In this document: piece by piece, positions 13,520 through 14,192 of the stretch
Position numbering within the stretch: position 1 is the first letter of the stretch
Layout: each line of letters starts with the position of its first letter
Program-made: the position numbers and the translations under genes
The notes under the pieces: generated by a model
Told to the model about the DNA's origin: nothing
Databases searched by the model: none
What the model saw: only the letters and a program-made list of their open reading frames with translations
Assembly (NCBI GenBank): GCA_043750125.1
Contig: JAYVCD010000077.1
Coordinates: forward strand, 1-14,192
DNA: 14,192 bases
Source of the DNA: Archangiaceae bacterium
Lineage (GTDB): Bacteria; Myxococcota; Myxococcia; Myxococcales; Myxococcaceae
Reading direction: 5' to 3'

Positions 13520-14192
13520 GTGGCAGACACCCTCGTCTGTCCCCAGTGCGCCAAGGCGATCGACACCGAGCCCAACTTCTGCCCCGCCTGCGGTTCGGAC
13601 CTGCGCGGCCTCTCGCCCACCGCCAACACGCTCTCTGGCCACCTGTCGGGAACCCTGATCGACAGCCGTTACCGCATTCTCGAGAAGCTCGGCGAAGGAG
13701 GAATGGGCGCCGTCTACAAAGTCGAGCATGTGCGAATGGGAAAAATCCTCGCGCTCAAGATTCTTCGCCCCGACTCCGCGCTCGACAAGGGCCTCAAAGC
13801 CCGCTTCATGCAGGAAGCGCGCGTGGTCGCCAAGCTCTCGCACGCCAACACCGTGCAGGTCTTCGACTCGGGCGAGCTGCAAGACGGAGGGCTCTACATC
13901 GCAATGGAATACCTTCCCGGCCGAGACCTGTCCTGGCACCTGCGCGCGCGCGGAACGCTGACCGAAGAGAAGGCCATCGGGGTCGCGATTGCGCTGTTGG
14001 GGTCCCTCGAGGAAGCGCACGGGCTCGGCATCGTCCACCGCGACCTGAAGCCGGCGAACATCATGTGGGTCCGGCGCAAGGGGGCCGACGACCAGGTGAA
14101 GCTGCTCGACTTCGGGATCGCCAAGCTGCTCGAAGGCGAGGGCCGCAAGAGCATCACCAATACCGGGACCAGTGGAATTCAGGAATTCATCG
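13520..14192 (+). CDS. Hanks-type Ser/Thr protein kinase with N-terminal zinc ribbon (partial, runs off the right edge)
   Basis: Hand translation from GTG 13520 (in-frame alternatives TTG 13472, GTG 13451): CPQC-x10-CPAC, RYRILEKLGEGGMGAVY, ALKIL, RFMQEAR, MEYLPG, IVHRDLKPANI, VKLLDFGIAK. Confidence 0.95.
   Translation, partial: MADTLVCPQCAKAIDTEPNFCPACGSDLRGLSPTANTLSGHLSGTLIDSRYRILEKLGEGGMGAVYKVEHVRMGKILALKILRPDSALDKGLKARFMQEARVVAKLSHANTVQVFDSGELQDGGLYIAMEYLPGRDLSWHLRARGTLTEEKAIGVAIALLGSLEEAHGLGIVHRDLKPANIMWVRRKGADDQVKLLDFGIAKLLEGEGRKSITNTGTSGIQEFI

Noticed and set aside
12027..14160. 410-aa plus ORF (12027..13259) and minus ORFs 13424..14038 and 13894..14160
   Set aside because: Antisense shadows of the GT2, pilus-domain and kinase genes.
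11691..14184. GAATTCAGGA at 11691 and 14175 (AATTCAGGA also at 2980) as att or target-site repeats
   Set aside because: Only 9-10 bp, one copy lies inside the kinase coding frame, and no integrase or transposase is present.

Overview
High-GC bacterial DNA. Gene content (zinc-ribbon Hanks kinase, sigma54-type promoters, PPC-domain lipoprotein, CglB-like fragment) suggests Myxococcota; this is an inference. Left to right: (1) A minus-strand, tightly packed run of a lipoprotein metallophosphoesterase (Ig-like + PPC + Gly linker + purple-acid-phosphatase-type motifs), two small uncharacterised membrane proteins and a TPR-like exported protein that runs off the left edge. A sigma54-type promoter precedes the run. 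(2) A minus-strand PepSY/BLIP-like protein, TolC, MFP and RND operon, divergent from an OmpR-family response regulator and sensor kinase, with a tandem ATGAG(G/A)A box between them and a (CGGGAA)6 microsatellite at the RND start codon. (3) A ~1.1 kb patchwork (11066-12193) of apparent gene remnants: an ECF sigma C-terminus, an anti-sigma-like N-terminus joined to a CglB-like Cys-rich segment, a frameshifted exported protein and a frameshifted DMT/EamA fragment. It also holds an unannotated 46-aa signal-peptide/cationic ORF. (4) A stand-alone pilus-secretin N-terminal-domain protein, a GT2 glycosyltransferase, and a divergent Ser/Thr kinase running off the right edge. No rRNA, tRNA, CRISPR array or transposase was seen. 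All family calls come from motif recognition, not database searches.
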